Shown here one piece after another: positions 33,074 to 42,225 of a stretch of DNA of 55,085 nt (within the stretch, counting starts at the first letter, position 1; every line of letters begins with the position of its first letter). The position numbers and the translations under genes were made by a program. Below the pieces are notes generated by a model that was not told where the DNA came from, made no database searches, and worked only from the letters and a program-made list of their open reading frames with translations. The DNA is from Clostridia bacterium (GTDB lineage Bacteria > Bacillota > Clostridia > Oscillospirales > RGIG8002): contig JAFZXI010000033.1 in NCBI GenBank assembly GCA_017616855.1, positions 1-55,085 on the forward strand. The letters run 5' to 3'.

Positions 33074-36000
33074 TTACTGAAGACTCGTTTTGTCCGCCAG
33101 CTTCGCGGCGACGCGGAGTATCTTCAGCGCGTCCGCGACGGTGATTTCGCCGTCACCGTCGACGTCGCCGACGGCGACCGCTTCGGGCGTTTCCTCGGCG
33201 AGCTTCGCCGCGATGCGGAGGGCGCGGAGCGCGTCCGCGACGGTGATCTCGCCGTCGCCGTCCATATCGCCCTTCTTGACGGGCGGGGCGGACTGCTCGA
33301 TCGTGAACGCCACGACGGTCTCCTTGTCGCCGTTGACGACGCGGAGCGTATAATCGCCGGGCTCGGAAACGAACGCGCCGCTGCCGATTTCTTCGCCGTT
33401 CAGCGTCGCTTCGCCGACGTCCCAGGTCAGCGTGACGCCTTCGTTATAGACGCCGCCGTTCTCGACGCCGGAAACGACCGGCGTATCGTACTCTTCCTTT
33501 ATCGTGAAGCTTATCTCGACGTCCGTTCTGCCGTCGCTGAAGAAGAAGAAATGTTCGCCCGGCGCGGTTATCGGAGTCCACTCCTCATAGGGTTCGCCGT
33601 CGAGCGTTGCTGACACGACGATCGTCGAATCCCAGTTTATCGCGCAGCCGTCCGGATGCTCGGTGAGGACTACCACTTCGCCGTCCTCCACGCCGTAGAC
33701 AGCGGGCTCTTCATACGGATCGAGGTCGCGGAAGGTGATGTTGTTCGCGACCGCGTAATCGTAAGCGGCGGACGGCCAGACACCCCAGATCTCCAAATCC
33801 TCGGGAGCGTTATAGAAAATATAATCGCCGAAGTTTTCGGTCGGGCCGCTTATGGTCACCCTCCGGAGCGACGTGCACTCGGAGAAGGCGCCGTAGCCGA
33901 TCGTTTCGAGCGGCCACGGGAGGTATGCGTCGGTCAGAGAGCCGCACTGATAGAAGGCGTAATCGCCGATTTCATGCTCCTGGCCGCCGAACTCGACTTC
34001 TTTGAGCGACGCGCAGCCGCGGAAGGCGCCGTAGCCGACCGTTTCGAGCGTTCTCGGCAGGATGACCTTGCCTATCTGCATGTAGTTTTCGGGGTCCTCG
34101 CCGACCGAGCGGTCGCGGAAGGCGTATTTGCCTATCGAGAGGACTTCCACGCCGTATATCTGCTCGGGGACCTCGACGAGGTAGGTATCTTCGTCATATT
34201 TCTCGAAAAGCGGCTCATCGTTTTCGTTTTTGAAGTTGTAGCCGGTGATCTCGATGCCGCCTTCGGGCAGGTAGGAATACTTGAAGCGTCCGTCTTCGGA
34301 TTCGTACTCCTCGTTGACGTCGATATCGAAGAAGAACAGCAGCGCCGTCAGCTCGGCGTCGTTGCCGAGGGGCGAGCCGCAGTAACCGAGGAACTCGTCC
34401 TCGATATCCACGCGGTAGATGCTGCTTCTGTCCATGCCGCACTGCGCCCAGTAGAGCGTGTTGTTACTGAGGTCGAACGCCATCGACTGCAGGTAGTACG
34501 CTTCGCCGCCGATGTCGAAAAGTTTGGTGACGTAGGCGCCGTTTTCGTCCGCGCCGGTGAGCATCCAGAGCGCGGCGTTATCGCCGCCGCTGATCGCGTA
34601 GTAGAGTCCGTCGGCGTTGCACGCGATCGTCATCAGGAGCGGCGAAACTTCGGTGTTTTCGGCGTCAAAGATCGGAATGACCTGACCCACCGTGCCGTCT
34701 TTGTTAACGACGGCAACGTAGCGCGCGTTAGCGTCGTCGGCGACCAGGACAACCATATCGCGTCCCCAATAGCTGTAAGTCATATCGAGCACGCAGTAAT
34801 CCGCGATGACGGGCTCGGCGCTCCAGACCATGTTGGAGTAGCGGAGCGCGCCCTCGGGGAGCTCCTCGTCCATATCAACGGTGAAGAAGTATCCGTCCTC
34901 GGAGTAGCCGTAGACCGTGCCGGCGAGGTAGACCGCCGCGGCGACGGGCTTTTCGGGCACGAAGTAACGCTTGGGCTCCGCGTAACCGTTGTTGTCGAAG
35001 CCGACCCAGCCGGTCTCGCCCGCGGCGTTATCGGAAAGGAACGCATCCACCCAGAAGGCCTCGTGAGAGGGCTGCCATACGCGGAAGCTGACGGTTACGA
35101 CGCTGAATCCGTCGGTGACGGTCAGAACGTAATCGCCGGGCTCGGTTATCTTCGAGCCCTCCTCGTAGGGCTCGCCGTTCAGCGTCGCGGTCGCGGAGTC
35201 TCCGCTCCATACCGCGCTGACGCCCTCGGGGTAATCGTCGAGGGAGTATTCGGCGCCGTCCTCGACGCCGACGATCTCGGGCGCAGCCGGCGGTTCGCCG
35301 TAGCATATATCGTCAAAGCCCTTTCCAGCGGTGTTGCCGGTAATCATTTCTTCGCTGAGTTCGTGTTCAACGCCGGTGGCGATGTAGGCGCCGCCGCCGT
35401 AGATGCCGGCGGTGTTGCCGCTGACGGAGCCGCCGAGAAGCGTGACTTCGCCTTCCTCGGCGTAGATGCCGCCGCCGAAACGCGAGGTGGCGTTCGACGC
35501 GATCGTGCCGCCGCTCATGACGAAGGCGCCCTTCTTCACGTAGACGCCGGCGCCGGAAACGGTACTGCTGTTTCCGGTTATGCTCGCTTTATCGAGGTAG
35601 CACGTTCCGCCGTCAACGAGCACGGCGGGCGCGGCGGCGGAGGAATTGCCCACGGTCAGCAAAGTTCCGGACGCGGCGGTATCGCCGAGGCGGAGGATTC
35701 CGCCGCCGGAAACGCGAATGAGTACGCCTTTGTAACCGGAAGCGCGGGTGATTTCGGCTCCTTCGCCGAGCGCAACGATGTTGACTTCTTTATCGAAAAC
35801 GCGCAGTTCCTCGGACGCTGCCGCCTTGCCGCTTACGTAAAGCTTGACGGTGCCGCCGGGGGGCACGTTCTTGTATATGAGCTGATACGCCGCTTTCAGC
35901 GTGCGGAGCGCCGCGGAAGCGGTGTTGCCTTTGTTCGTGTCTTTGCCGGTGGCGGCGTTGACGTAGTATTCTATGTCGGCGGCGAAGGGGGTAACCGTCA

Positions 36001-37141
36001 GCGCGCAGACGGAGGTGAAGCCGCCTTCTTCCGTCGTCACGGTGATGTTCGCGGTGCCGGCGGAAATGCCGGTGACGGTCCCGTCCTCGGAAACGACGGC
36101 GACGGTCTCGTTATCGCTTTCCCAGCTGACCGCCTTGTTGGTGGCGTTGGTCGGTCTCGCGGCGACCGCGAGCTTCAGCGACTTGCCGGTCGCGATGGTC
36201 GTGTTTTTCACTATCATGACGCCGGTCATCGCAACGTATCCGCCTACGGCAACGCCGGAAAGGAAGCCGCGGTCGGAACCGAAATTATTGAGGGTGTCCT
36301 TGCGGTAGACCCAGCGGAAGACGTATTCGCCGTCCTCCTGCGCGGTATAGAACCCGGCGGTACCGGGATCGACTTCGCCGCTGATGGACGCGTATTCCTC
36401 GCCGTTGACCTCAAAGACGAGGAAGTCGTGGTCCTTCTCGCTGCTGACGCCCCAGTTGAAGCGGAGCGTTTCGCCCGCGGCGAGCGCTTTGCGGAGGGTT
36501 ATCGCGGATTCGGAAGCGCTCTTGCCCGCGTTGCCGCTCACGGCGGCGCCGCTGCCGTTATTCGTCCACGGCTCGGCGGCGTCGTTTTCAAAGTTCAGTC
36601 CCGCGGCTTCGGCGTCGAGGAGCGAATCAAGGTTGTTCGCGTCCGGCGAAACGGACACGACGTGCACTTCGTCGAGGTATCCCTTGTCGTCATAAACGCC
36701 GTACGCCTCGTCCTTGACGTAGGTCCAGGCGAGCGTGTGCTCGCCCGCGGGCACGGCAAACGTGCGGGTTTCGGGCCCGAAGGAACCGCTGATACGCGCG
36801 ATCTCTTCGCCGTCTATGCTGAAAGCGAGATAGTCCCACTTCTGCTGGCAGGACGCCCTCCAGGTGAAGCAGATGCCTTCGCCCTCGGCAAAGGTCAGCG
36901 TCGTGCTGACGGTCGAAGACGACGAATCGACGCCCGCATTTCCGGAAGACGCGCCGTATTTTCCGATGGAAATCGAGTCATATGCCCACGGATGCTCCGC
37001 GTCGTTTTCAAAGACGATCGTGCCGCCGGTCACGTTGATATAGCGGTCGATGGCGTCGTCTGCGGACGCAATAAGCCCGACTCCCGCAAACAGGGACAGG
37101 CACATCGCGAAAGCAAGGACTACAGAAATCAGCTTCTTCAT
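33074..37141 (-). CDS. giant secreted multidomain dockerin protein (2x jelly-roll-like, Big_2-like, beta-helix repeats, propeller-like, BspA-type LRR, dockerin)
   Basis: Signal peptide MKKLISVVLAFAMCLSLFAGVGLIASA. Ig-like segment KAVSWESDNETVAVVSEDGTVTGISAGTANITV. GGGIYAEEGEVTLLGGSVSGNTAGIYGGGAYI beta-helix repeats. LRR segments GYGAFRGCASLKEV and GYGAFSECTSLRRV. C-terminal GDMDGDGEITVADALRALRIAAKL and GDVDGDGEITVADALKILRVAAKL. Confidence 0.85.
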   Translation of the reverse strand: MKKLISVVLAFAMCLSLFAGVGLIASADDAIDRYINVTGGTIVFENDAEHPWAYDSISIGKYGASSGNAGVDSSSSTVSTTLTFAEGEGICFTWRASCQQKWDYLAFSIDGEEIARISGSFGPETRTFAVPAGEHTLAWTYVKDEAYGVYDDKGYLDEVHVVSVSPDANNLDSLLDAEAAGLNFENDAAEPWTNNGSGAAVSGNAGKSASESAITLRKALAAGETLRFNWGVSSEKDHDFLVFEVNGEEYASISGEVDPGTAGFYTAQEDGEYVFRWVYRKDTLNNFGSDRGFLSGVAVGGYVAMTGVMIVKNTTIATGKSLKLAVAARPTNATNKAVSWESDNETVAVVSEDGTVTGISAGTANITVTTEEGGFTSVCALTVTPFAADIEYYVNAATGKDTNKGNTASAALRTLKAAYQLIYKNVPPGGTVKLYVSGKAAASEELRVFDKEVNIVALGEGAEITRASGYKGVLIRVSGGGILRLGDTAASGTLLTVGNSSAAAPAVLVDGGTCYLDKASITGNSSTVSGAGVYVKKGAFVMSGGTIASNATSRFGGGIYAEEGEVTLLGGSVSGNTAGIYGGGAYIATGVEHELSEEMITGNTAGKGFDDICYGEPPAAPEIVGVEDGAEYSLDDYPEGVSAVWSGDSATATLNGEPYEEGSKITEPGDYVLTVTDGFSVVTVSFRVWQPSHEAFWVDAFLSDNAAGETGWVGFDNNGYAEPKRYFVPEKPVAAAVYLAGTVYGYSEDGYFFTVDMDEELPEGALRYSNMVWSAEPVIADYCVLDMTYSYWGRDMVVLVADDANARYVAVVNKDGTVGQVIPIFDAENTEVSPLLMTIACNADGLYYAISGGDNAALWMLTGADENGAYVTKLFDIGGEAYYLQSMAFDLSNNTLYWAQCGMDRSSIYRVDIEDEFLGYCGSPLGNDAELTALLFFFDIDVNEEYESEDGRFKYSYLPEGGIEITGYNFKNENDEPLFEKYDEDTYLVEVPEQIYGVEVLSIGKYAFRDRSVGEDPENYMQIGKVILPRTLETVGYGAFRGCASLKEVEFGGQEHEIGDYAFYQCGSLTDAYLPWPLETIGYGAFSECTSLRRVTISGPTENFGDYIFYNAPEDLEIWGVWPSAAYDYAVANNITFRDLDPYEEPAVYGVEDGEVVVLTEHPDGCAINWDSTIVVSATLDGEPYEEWTPITAPGEHFFFFSDGRTDVEISFTIKEEYDTPVVSGVENGGVYNEGVTLTWDVGEATLNGEEIGSGAFVSEPGDYTLRVVNGDKETVVAFTIEQSAPPVKKGDMDGDGEITVADALRALRIAAKLAEETPEAVAVGDVDGDGEITVADALKILRVAAKLADKTSLQ

Positions 37142-37156
37142 TTTCGTTTCCTCCTT

Positions 37157-38473
37157 TTATTCGGCGTTTTCGCCGGAAGCGGCGTCCGCAACGAGCCGGT
37201 CAAGCTCGTCGCGCGGGCCGTATATTATCCTGCCGTTGATAAGCGCTTTATCAAGGGCGGTCAGTTCTTTTTTCACGTCCTCCGCGGTAAGCTCAAAATG
37301 CCTCGCGGAGTCCGAATACGCTTGTATTATCGGCTCGACGGCCGGGGGCTCGTCGATGGCGCCCTGCATCATCTTGACGCCGGCGGTGAAGGCGGCTAAA
37401 AGCCCGTTGAGGTCCGCGTCCGCCGCGGTATCGAAGGGATACGTGTTTATCGCGGTTACTCCGTCGGCTTCCAGCTTGCTGATGAGCATAACCGGACAGA
37501 CGACGTCCGCGCTTATGTCGAAGGCGTTGAAGGTTATGCCTGCGCGGGCGTCCTGCGCTCCGCAGCAGTACACGGCGTCGATCGCCACGTAGAGTTTCAC
37601 GCCCGCGGACTGCGCGGCGGCGTGAAGCGCCGCGACGTTTTGTCTTACCGCGCCGGCGCGGGGCAGCTCGGCGGCTTCTTCGTCCGGGAACACGACGTCG
37701 CCGTAGTCCCCGTCGTACTCCGTCGGGAAGCGGATATTATCGAACAGCACGCCCTTGACGCCGCCTTCGGCGAGTTCAGCGATTATTTCCGCCGCGTAGT
37801 CGACCGCGTCGGAATTGAAGGGGCTGCGCCAGGAATGTCCGTTTTTATCCTGCCAGATGACGTTGGTCTTTTCCGCGCGGGTAACGGTCCTCTCGTTGCC
37901 GTCCTCGTCCGTTTCGGTCTCGGTCACCTCGCGGGATTCGACGGCGCAGTGTTTCAGATCCGTCGCGGCGAGGTCGTCGACGTAGAGCGATACGCGCGCA
38001 ATCACGCCTATGCCGGCGTTCGCGAACTTCACGAGGATGCGGTCGAGATCCGGCGCGTTTTCCGGGACGGCGCCCAGCTTACGCGCGGTCTGTATGCCGG
38101 TGTTATAGGCGAAAACGCCGCTTTCCGGCTTAAGATCGAGGACCGCTTCGGTTATGCCCTTGCGCTTGAGCACCGAAATCAGCTCGTCGACGGCGTAGGA
38201 GTCGGTGAAGTCTCCGCCGCACCAGAACGCCTGCGTCAGCTCGGAGTTGATCTCGTCGCGGCGTGTGGTTATCGGCGGTATGCCTTCGCTGGCGAGCTCG
38301 CCGGTGCGCTCCTTCGTCTTGACGGCGACGGAGAAGATAAGGTGCGTTAGCAGCATGCCGACGAAAAGCCAAAGCGCAGTCCAGCCCGCGATGCGCAGTC
38401 CGCGCTTCACGCGGCGGGTGTCCCTGACCTTTTTCGATCCGCCTTTGTAGTTGTAGGTGTTACGGTATGCCAT
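37157..38473 (-). CDS. membrane-anchored putative glycoside hydrolase-like protein (DUF4015-like)
   Basis: Start trimmed to MAYRNTYNYKGG (AAGGGAG SD). One TM segment. The TIM-barrel-like region (VLDLKPESG...VLFDNIRFP) resembles DUF4015 proteins from memory. Confidence 0.55.
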   Translation of the reverse strand: MAYRNTYNYKGGSKKVRDTRRVKRGLRIAGWTALWLFVGMLLTHLIFSVAVKTKERTGELASEGIPPITTRRDEINSELTQAFWCGGDFTDSYAVDELISVLKRKGITEAVLDLKPESGVFAYNTGIQTARKLGAVPENAPDLDRILVKFANAGIGVIARVSLYVDDLAATDLKHCAVESREVTETETDEDGNERTVTRAEKTNVIWQDKNGHSWRSPFNSDAVDYAAEIIAELAEGGVKGVLFDNIRFPTEYDGDYGDVVFPDEEAAELPRAGAVRQNVAALHAAAQSAGVKLYVAIDAVYCCGAQDARAGITFNAFDISADVVCPVMLISKLEADGVTAINTYPFDTAADADLNGLLAAFTAGVKMMQGAIDEPPAVEPIIQAYSDSARHFELTAEDVKKELTALDKALINGRIIYGPRDELDRLVADAASGENAE

Positions 38474-38486
38474 ATTGCTCCCTTGG

Positions 38487-38769
38487 GCTCGGCTTGCGCC
38501 GAGCATGATTTGAGATCCCGGCTCGGCTTGCGCCGAGCATGATTTGCAAGCGCGGGGCGCTTGCATGATTTGAACGCTCCGCGTTCATGATTTGGCTTCG
38601 CCGTGATTTGTCGCGCAATGCGCGACATGATCGTTCAAATCGCCGCAGGCAATTTGTTCCTTCATGCACCGAAGGTGCAAATCATGCGCCGCAGGCGCAA
38701 ATCATGGCGGCGCAGCCGTCAATTCATGCGGCGAAGCCGCAATTCACGCAAACGCGCAACGCGCGTTTG
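38487..38769. repeat. hairpin/linker array 3 (largest; strand flip at 38636-38656)
   Basis: About 16 hairpins. The left arm uses (C)ATGATTTG linkers and the right arm uses CAAATCATG/CAATTCATG linkers. Fills the whole rnfB-to-next-gene spacer. Confidence 0.9.
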
Positions 38770-38770
38770 C

Positions 38771-39550
38771 TTACGCTCTCATAAGTACCTTTTTCGGGCA
38801 CTTTTCGACGCACTTGCCGCAGCCGGTGCACTTGGACCGGTCTATAACCGCGAGGTTGTCGATAACGTGTATCGCGTCGTGCTCGCAGGCCTTTTCGCAG
38901 ATGCGGCAGCCGATGCAGCCGCGGTCGCAGAGCTCGCGGACGCGCTTGCCGGCATCGTGCGAGGAGCAGCCGACGAAGACGCTGTCCTTCGGCTGTATCT
39001 TTATCAGGCGCTTGGGGCACGCTCTGGCGCAGGCGCCGCAGGCGGTGCACTTTTCGTCGTTGACGACGGCGACGCCGTTTACGACCTCTATCGCGTCGAA
39101 CTTGCAGGACTGCACGCAGGTGCCCAGGCCGATGCAGGCGTAGGGGCAGAGCTTATCGCCGCCGAGCTTCGCGACGGAGAGGCAGTCGAGCGCGCCCTTG
39201 AACTCCTGGCGCTGCTTCGCGGAGGTGCCGTGGCAGGCGACGCAGGAGGCGTGCGGCTTGTATTCGCCGCCGCTGACGCCCATTATTTCGTGGATCTTAT
39301 CGTGCGCTTCCTCGTTGCAGACCTTGCAGCCGTCGCAGGAAGCGTCGCCTTTGACTACCGCTTCCGCGAAGGCGCCGCAGCCGGAGAAACCGCAGCCGCC
39401 GCAGTTCGCGCCGGGCAGGTGCCCGAGAATGCGGTCGATGCGCTCGTCCTTCTGGACCTTCCAAAACTTCGCGGCGATGCCGAGCATCAGCCCGAAAAAC
39501 GCGCCTATCGCGCCGACGACGGCGAAAGGAATAAGCAAACTCTTTATCAT
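38771..39550 (-). CDS. rnfB: Rnf complex subunit B (ferredoxin-like, polyferredoxin)
   Basis: N-terminal TM segment, CGGCGFSGC cluster motif, several CxxCxxCxxxCP motifs. Confidence 0.9.
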   Translation of the reverse strand: MIKSLLIPFAVVGAIGAFFGLMLGIAAKFWKVQKDERIDRILGHLPGANCGGCGFSGCGAFAEAVVKGDASCDGCKVCNEEAHDKIHEIMGVSGGEYKPHASCVACHGTSAKQRQEFKGALDCLSVAKLGGDKLCPYACIGLGTCVQSCKFDAIEVVNGVAVVNDEKCTACGACARACPKRLIKIQPKDSVFVGCSSHDAGKRVRELCDRGCIGCRICEKACEHDAIHVIDNLAVIDRSKCTGCGKCVEKCPKKVLMRA

Positions 39551-39563
39551 TTCTTATCCCTCC

Positions 39564-40142
39564 TTACAGCGAAAGCCCGCTGAAGCCCATGAAGGCGAGC
39601 GAGACCAGCGCCGCCGCGATAAGCGTAGACGGCAGGCCCTTGAACGCCTTGGGCACGTTGCTCATCTCGATACGCTCGCGTATCGTCGAGAAGATGACGA
39701 GCACGAGCATGAAGCCGAGCGCCACCGAGAAGCCGAAAACGACGCTCTCGATGAAGTTATACTCTCTCTGCACGGCGAGCAGGGCTGAGCCGAGCACCGC
39801 GCAGTTCGTCGTTATCAGCGGCAGGTAGATGCCGAGCGCTTCGTAAAGCGCCGGAATGAACTTCGCGAGCGCGAGCTCGACGAGCTGCACCATCGCCGCG
39901 ATGACGAGAATGAAGGCGATTGTTTTCAGATACTCCAGGTTCAGCGGCTTGAGCAGGTAGGTGTTGACCGCGTAGGTCACCGCCGAAGACATCGTTATCG
40001 TGAAGATGACCGCGCAGCCCATACCGAAGGCGGTCTTCGTGTTCTTGGAAACGCCGAGGAACGGGCACATGCCCATGAAGCGCACCAGAACGTAGTTTTC
40101 TATAAGTACGGCGCCGAGAATGATGGGAATAAGTTTAGTCAT
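39564..40142 (-). CDS. rnfA: Rnf complex subunit A
   Basis: Start trimmed to MTKLIPIILGAVLIENYVL. Conserved FMGMCPFLGVS. 8-nt overlap with the rnfE stop. Confidence 0.9.
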   Translation of the reverse strand: MTKLIPIILGAVLIENYVLVRFMGMCPFLGVSKNTKTAFGMGCAVIFTITMSSAVTYAVNTYLLKPLNLEYLKTIAFILVIAAMVQLVELALAKFIPALYEALGIYLPLITTNCAVLGSALLAVQREYNFIESVVFGFSVALGFMLVLVIFSTIRERIEMSNVPKAFKGLPSTLIAAALVSLAFMGFSGLSL

Positions 40143-41511
40143 TTTCGCCCGCCTCCTTTTCAGCGTCACGACGTTTGTCGATATCGACTATCGCCTCCGA
40201 CATGAAGGACGGGGGCTCTATCGGTTCCTCTTCCGTTTGCGGCGCGTCCTCCGCCTGCGGCTCGGACTTGCGCCTGCGCGAGAAGAAGGACTTGCGCTCC
40301 TTCTTTCCGCGGGCGGCTTCCTTCTCCTCGAGGTAGGCGCGTCTGCGCGCGGCTCTTTCCTCGGCGGAGGGCTCTTCGGCGGCGAAGGCGCCGGTCACGT
40401 CTTCGGCTGCGGGAGCTTCCTCAACGGCGGAGAAAACGAGCTGTTCGGCGGCGAGTTTTTCCGGCGCGGCTTCGGGAGCTGGTTTGGGTGCAGGTTCGGG
40501 CGCGGACTCGGGTTCGTCATTCCGAGGAGGCAACGCCGACGGGGAATCCCCCGCCTCTTCCGCCGCTTCCGCCGTTTCCGGCTCTTCCGCCGCTTCCGCG
40601 GCGGGGAGGGGATCCTTCGGCTCGGCGGCTTTCGCCGTCTCGCTCAGGATAACGGGTTCGGGCGCGGGCGCTTCGACCGCAGGAACTTTTTCCTCGACCG
40701 GCGCTTCGGGCGCGGGGGCCTCCGGCTCCGCGGCGGGAGTCAGCTCCTTCGCCGTTTCGGCCTGCAGGATCGATTCCTCTATAGTCGGCTTGAGGGGCGA
40801 AGGTTCGGGCTTCGGCTCCTCTTTCTTTTCTTCTTTCTTTTCCGCTTTCTTCGCGGGTTTCTCCTCAGCGGGAGCGCCCTCGCCGTCGCTGCCGGCGGCA
40901 AGACGCAGCGCGCGCTCTTTGCGGCGGTTGGCTACCCAGGCGCAGAACGCCATGACGAAGCCGAGCACCAGCAGACCGCCGGGCGCGAGGGTGAATATCA
41001 TTATCGGCGGGATCGTCTTGAAGTCATAACCGAGCAGGGCGCCCGTTCCGAGCACCTCGCGGATCGCCGAAACGATACATATCGCGACCGTGAAGCCGAT
41101 GCCGCTCGCTATGCCGTCGACCACCGACGGGAGCGGCTTGTTGCGGCTCGCGAACGCTTCCGCTCTCGCGAGGATTATGCAGTTGACGACTATCAGCGGG
41201 ATATACACGCCCAAGCTTTCGGAAAGCGAGGGCAGGTACGCCTTCATCACCATTTCGACCATGGTGACGAAGCCAGCGATTATTACTATGAACGAAGCTA
41301 TCCTTATGCGCTTGTCGATGACCTTGCGCAGCAGGGAGATGAAAAGGTTCGAGAATATCAGCACCACCGTGACCGCGACGCCCATTCCCAGACCGTTCAT
41401 CAAACGGGTGGAAACCGCGAGCGTCGGGCACATGCCGAGCACCTGCACGAGCACGGGGTTCTGCGTTATGATGCCGTCCTTAAGGATCTTGCCGTAGCTG
41501 TTTTTCTTCAT
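40135..41511 (-). CDS. rnfE: Rnf complex subunit E with a ~260-aa low-complexity C-terminal extension
   Basis: Residues 1-195 form a typical RnfE core (QNPVLVQVLGMCPTLAVS). Residues ~197-458 are a P/A/E/K-rich tail in a continuous ORF ending in overlap with the rnfA start. Confidence 0.85.
   Translation of the reverse strand: MKKNSYGKILKDGIITQNPVLVQVLGMCPTLAVSTRLMNGLGMGVAVTVVLIFSNLFISLLRKVIDKRIRIASFIVIIAGFVTMVEMVMKAYLPSLSESLGVYIPLIVVNCIILARAEAFASRNKPLPSVVDGIASGIGFTVAICIVSAIREVLGTGALLGYDFKTIPPIMIFTLAPGGLLVLGFVMAFCAWVANRRKERALRLAAGSDGEGAPAEEKPAKKAEKKEEKKEEPKPEPSPLKPTIEESILQAETAKELTPAAEPEAPAPEAPVEEKVPAVEAPAPEPVILSETAKAAEPKDPLPAAEAAEEPETAEAAEEAGDSPSALPPRNDEPESAPEPAPKPAPEAAPEKLAAEQLVFSAVEEAPAAEDVTGAFAAEEPSAEERAARRRAYLEEKEAARGKKERKSFFSRRRKSEPQAEDAPQTEEEPIEPPSFMSEAIVDIDKRRDAEKEAGEND
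40607..40652. repeat. GGGGATCCTTCG-[hairpin]-CGCTCAGGATAA element, copy C (inside the rnfE tail)
   Basis: gaggggatccttcggctcggcggctttcgccgtctcgctcaggataa. Translated as VILSETAKAAEPKDP. Confidence 0.7.
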
Positions 41512-41523
41512 ACCGCTCCCCCC

Positions 41524-42225
41524 TTATTCACCAGTAAACAGCTCGGACAGCAGGGCGTACGCCTTGTTGACCGCGCTGACCGCCGCCTTGGAGGAGATGC
41601 TTGCTCCGCTTATGGCGACGATTTCGTTTTTGGAAGCCGACGCGTTCTTGACGAACTTGAAGGGGCCCGTCTTGCCGGTGAACTGATCGAAGAAGCCCTC
41701 GCCGGTGATACGGGTGCCGACGCCGCTCGTTTCGGACATCGAGATGACGCCCATGCCGTTGACTTCGCCGAGCGTGTTGAAGCAGACGAGCATCTTTATC
41801 TCGCCGCCGTAGCCGTTTTCGGAAACCGTCACGGCGTAACCGAGCGCGGCGCCGTGCTCGGAGTCGCCGGAAACGAGATGCGTATCGGGCGCGTCGACGA
41901 GCTCGCCGCCGGAATCTTCGGCGGAGGCGTCGCCTTCGCCGCCTTCTTCGGTGCCGTCCGTTTCGGTGCCGTCCGCCTCGGGCGCTTCCGCGGCGGCGGG
42001 CTTGTATGCGATGAAGTATTCGGTGCCGTCTTCGAGCGCGGCTTTTTCAAAGACCGCGTCGTAATCGTAGAACTGGCGTATCGTCTCCAGCTCCGCTTCG
42101 CCCTCGAGCTGAGCGATGCGGTCCTTCGTCAGCGCGTTGACGCCGCCGAGCATAAGCGAGACGACTGCCGCGATGATGAAGAGCGAGAGGCAGAGACGGA
42201 GGATGTCGCTTTTCAGTATCTTCAC
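41524..42225 (-). CDS. rnfG: Rnf complex subunit G (FMN-binding)
   Basis: Start set at the GTG overlapping the rnfD stop (GTGA). TM anchor, then the SGASISSKA flavinylation-type motif. Confidence 0.8.
   Translation of the reverse strand: MKILKSDILRLCLSLFIIAAVVSLMLGGVNALTKDRIAQLEGEAELETIRQFYDYDAVFEKAALEDGTEYFIAYKPAAAEAPEADGTETDGTEEGGEGDASAEDSGGELVDAPDTHLVSGDSEHGAALGYAVTVSENGYGGEIKMLVCFNTLGEVNGMGVISMSETSGVGTRITGEGFFDQFTGKTGPFKFVKNASASKNEIVAISGASISSKAAVSAVNKAYALLSELFTGE

Noticed and set aside
33656-37399. 1247-aa plus-strand ORF opposite the 1355-aa dockerin gene
   Set aside because: It is a shadow ORF typical of high-GC DNA. The translation is R/G/A/V/D-rich with no motifs, SD or signal peptide. 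The opposite strand encodes a protein with a clear signal peptide, repeats and a dockerin.
38487-38769. Hairpin/linker arrays as CRISPR arrays
   Set aside because: The conserved unit is only 8-9 nt and the variable parts are 7-21 nt self-complementary hairpins. Periodicity is irregular (20-26 nt), orientation flips within an array, and there are no cas genes or leader.
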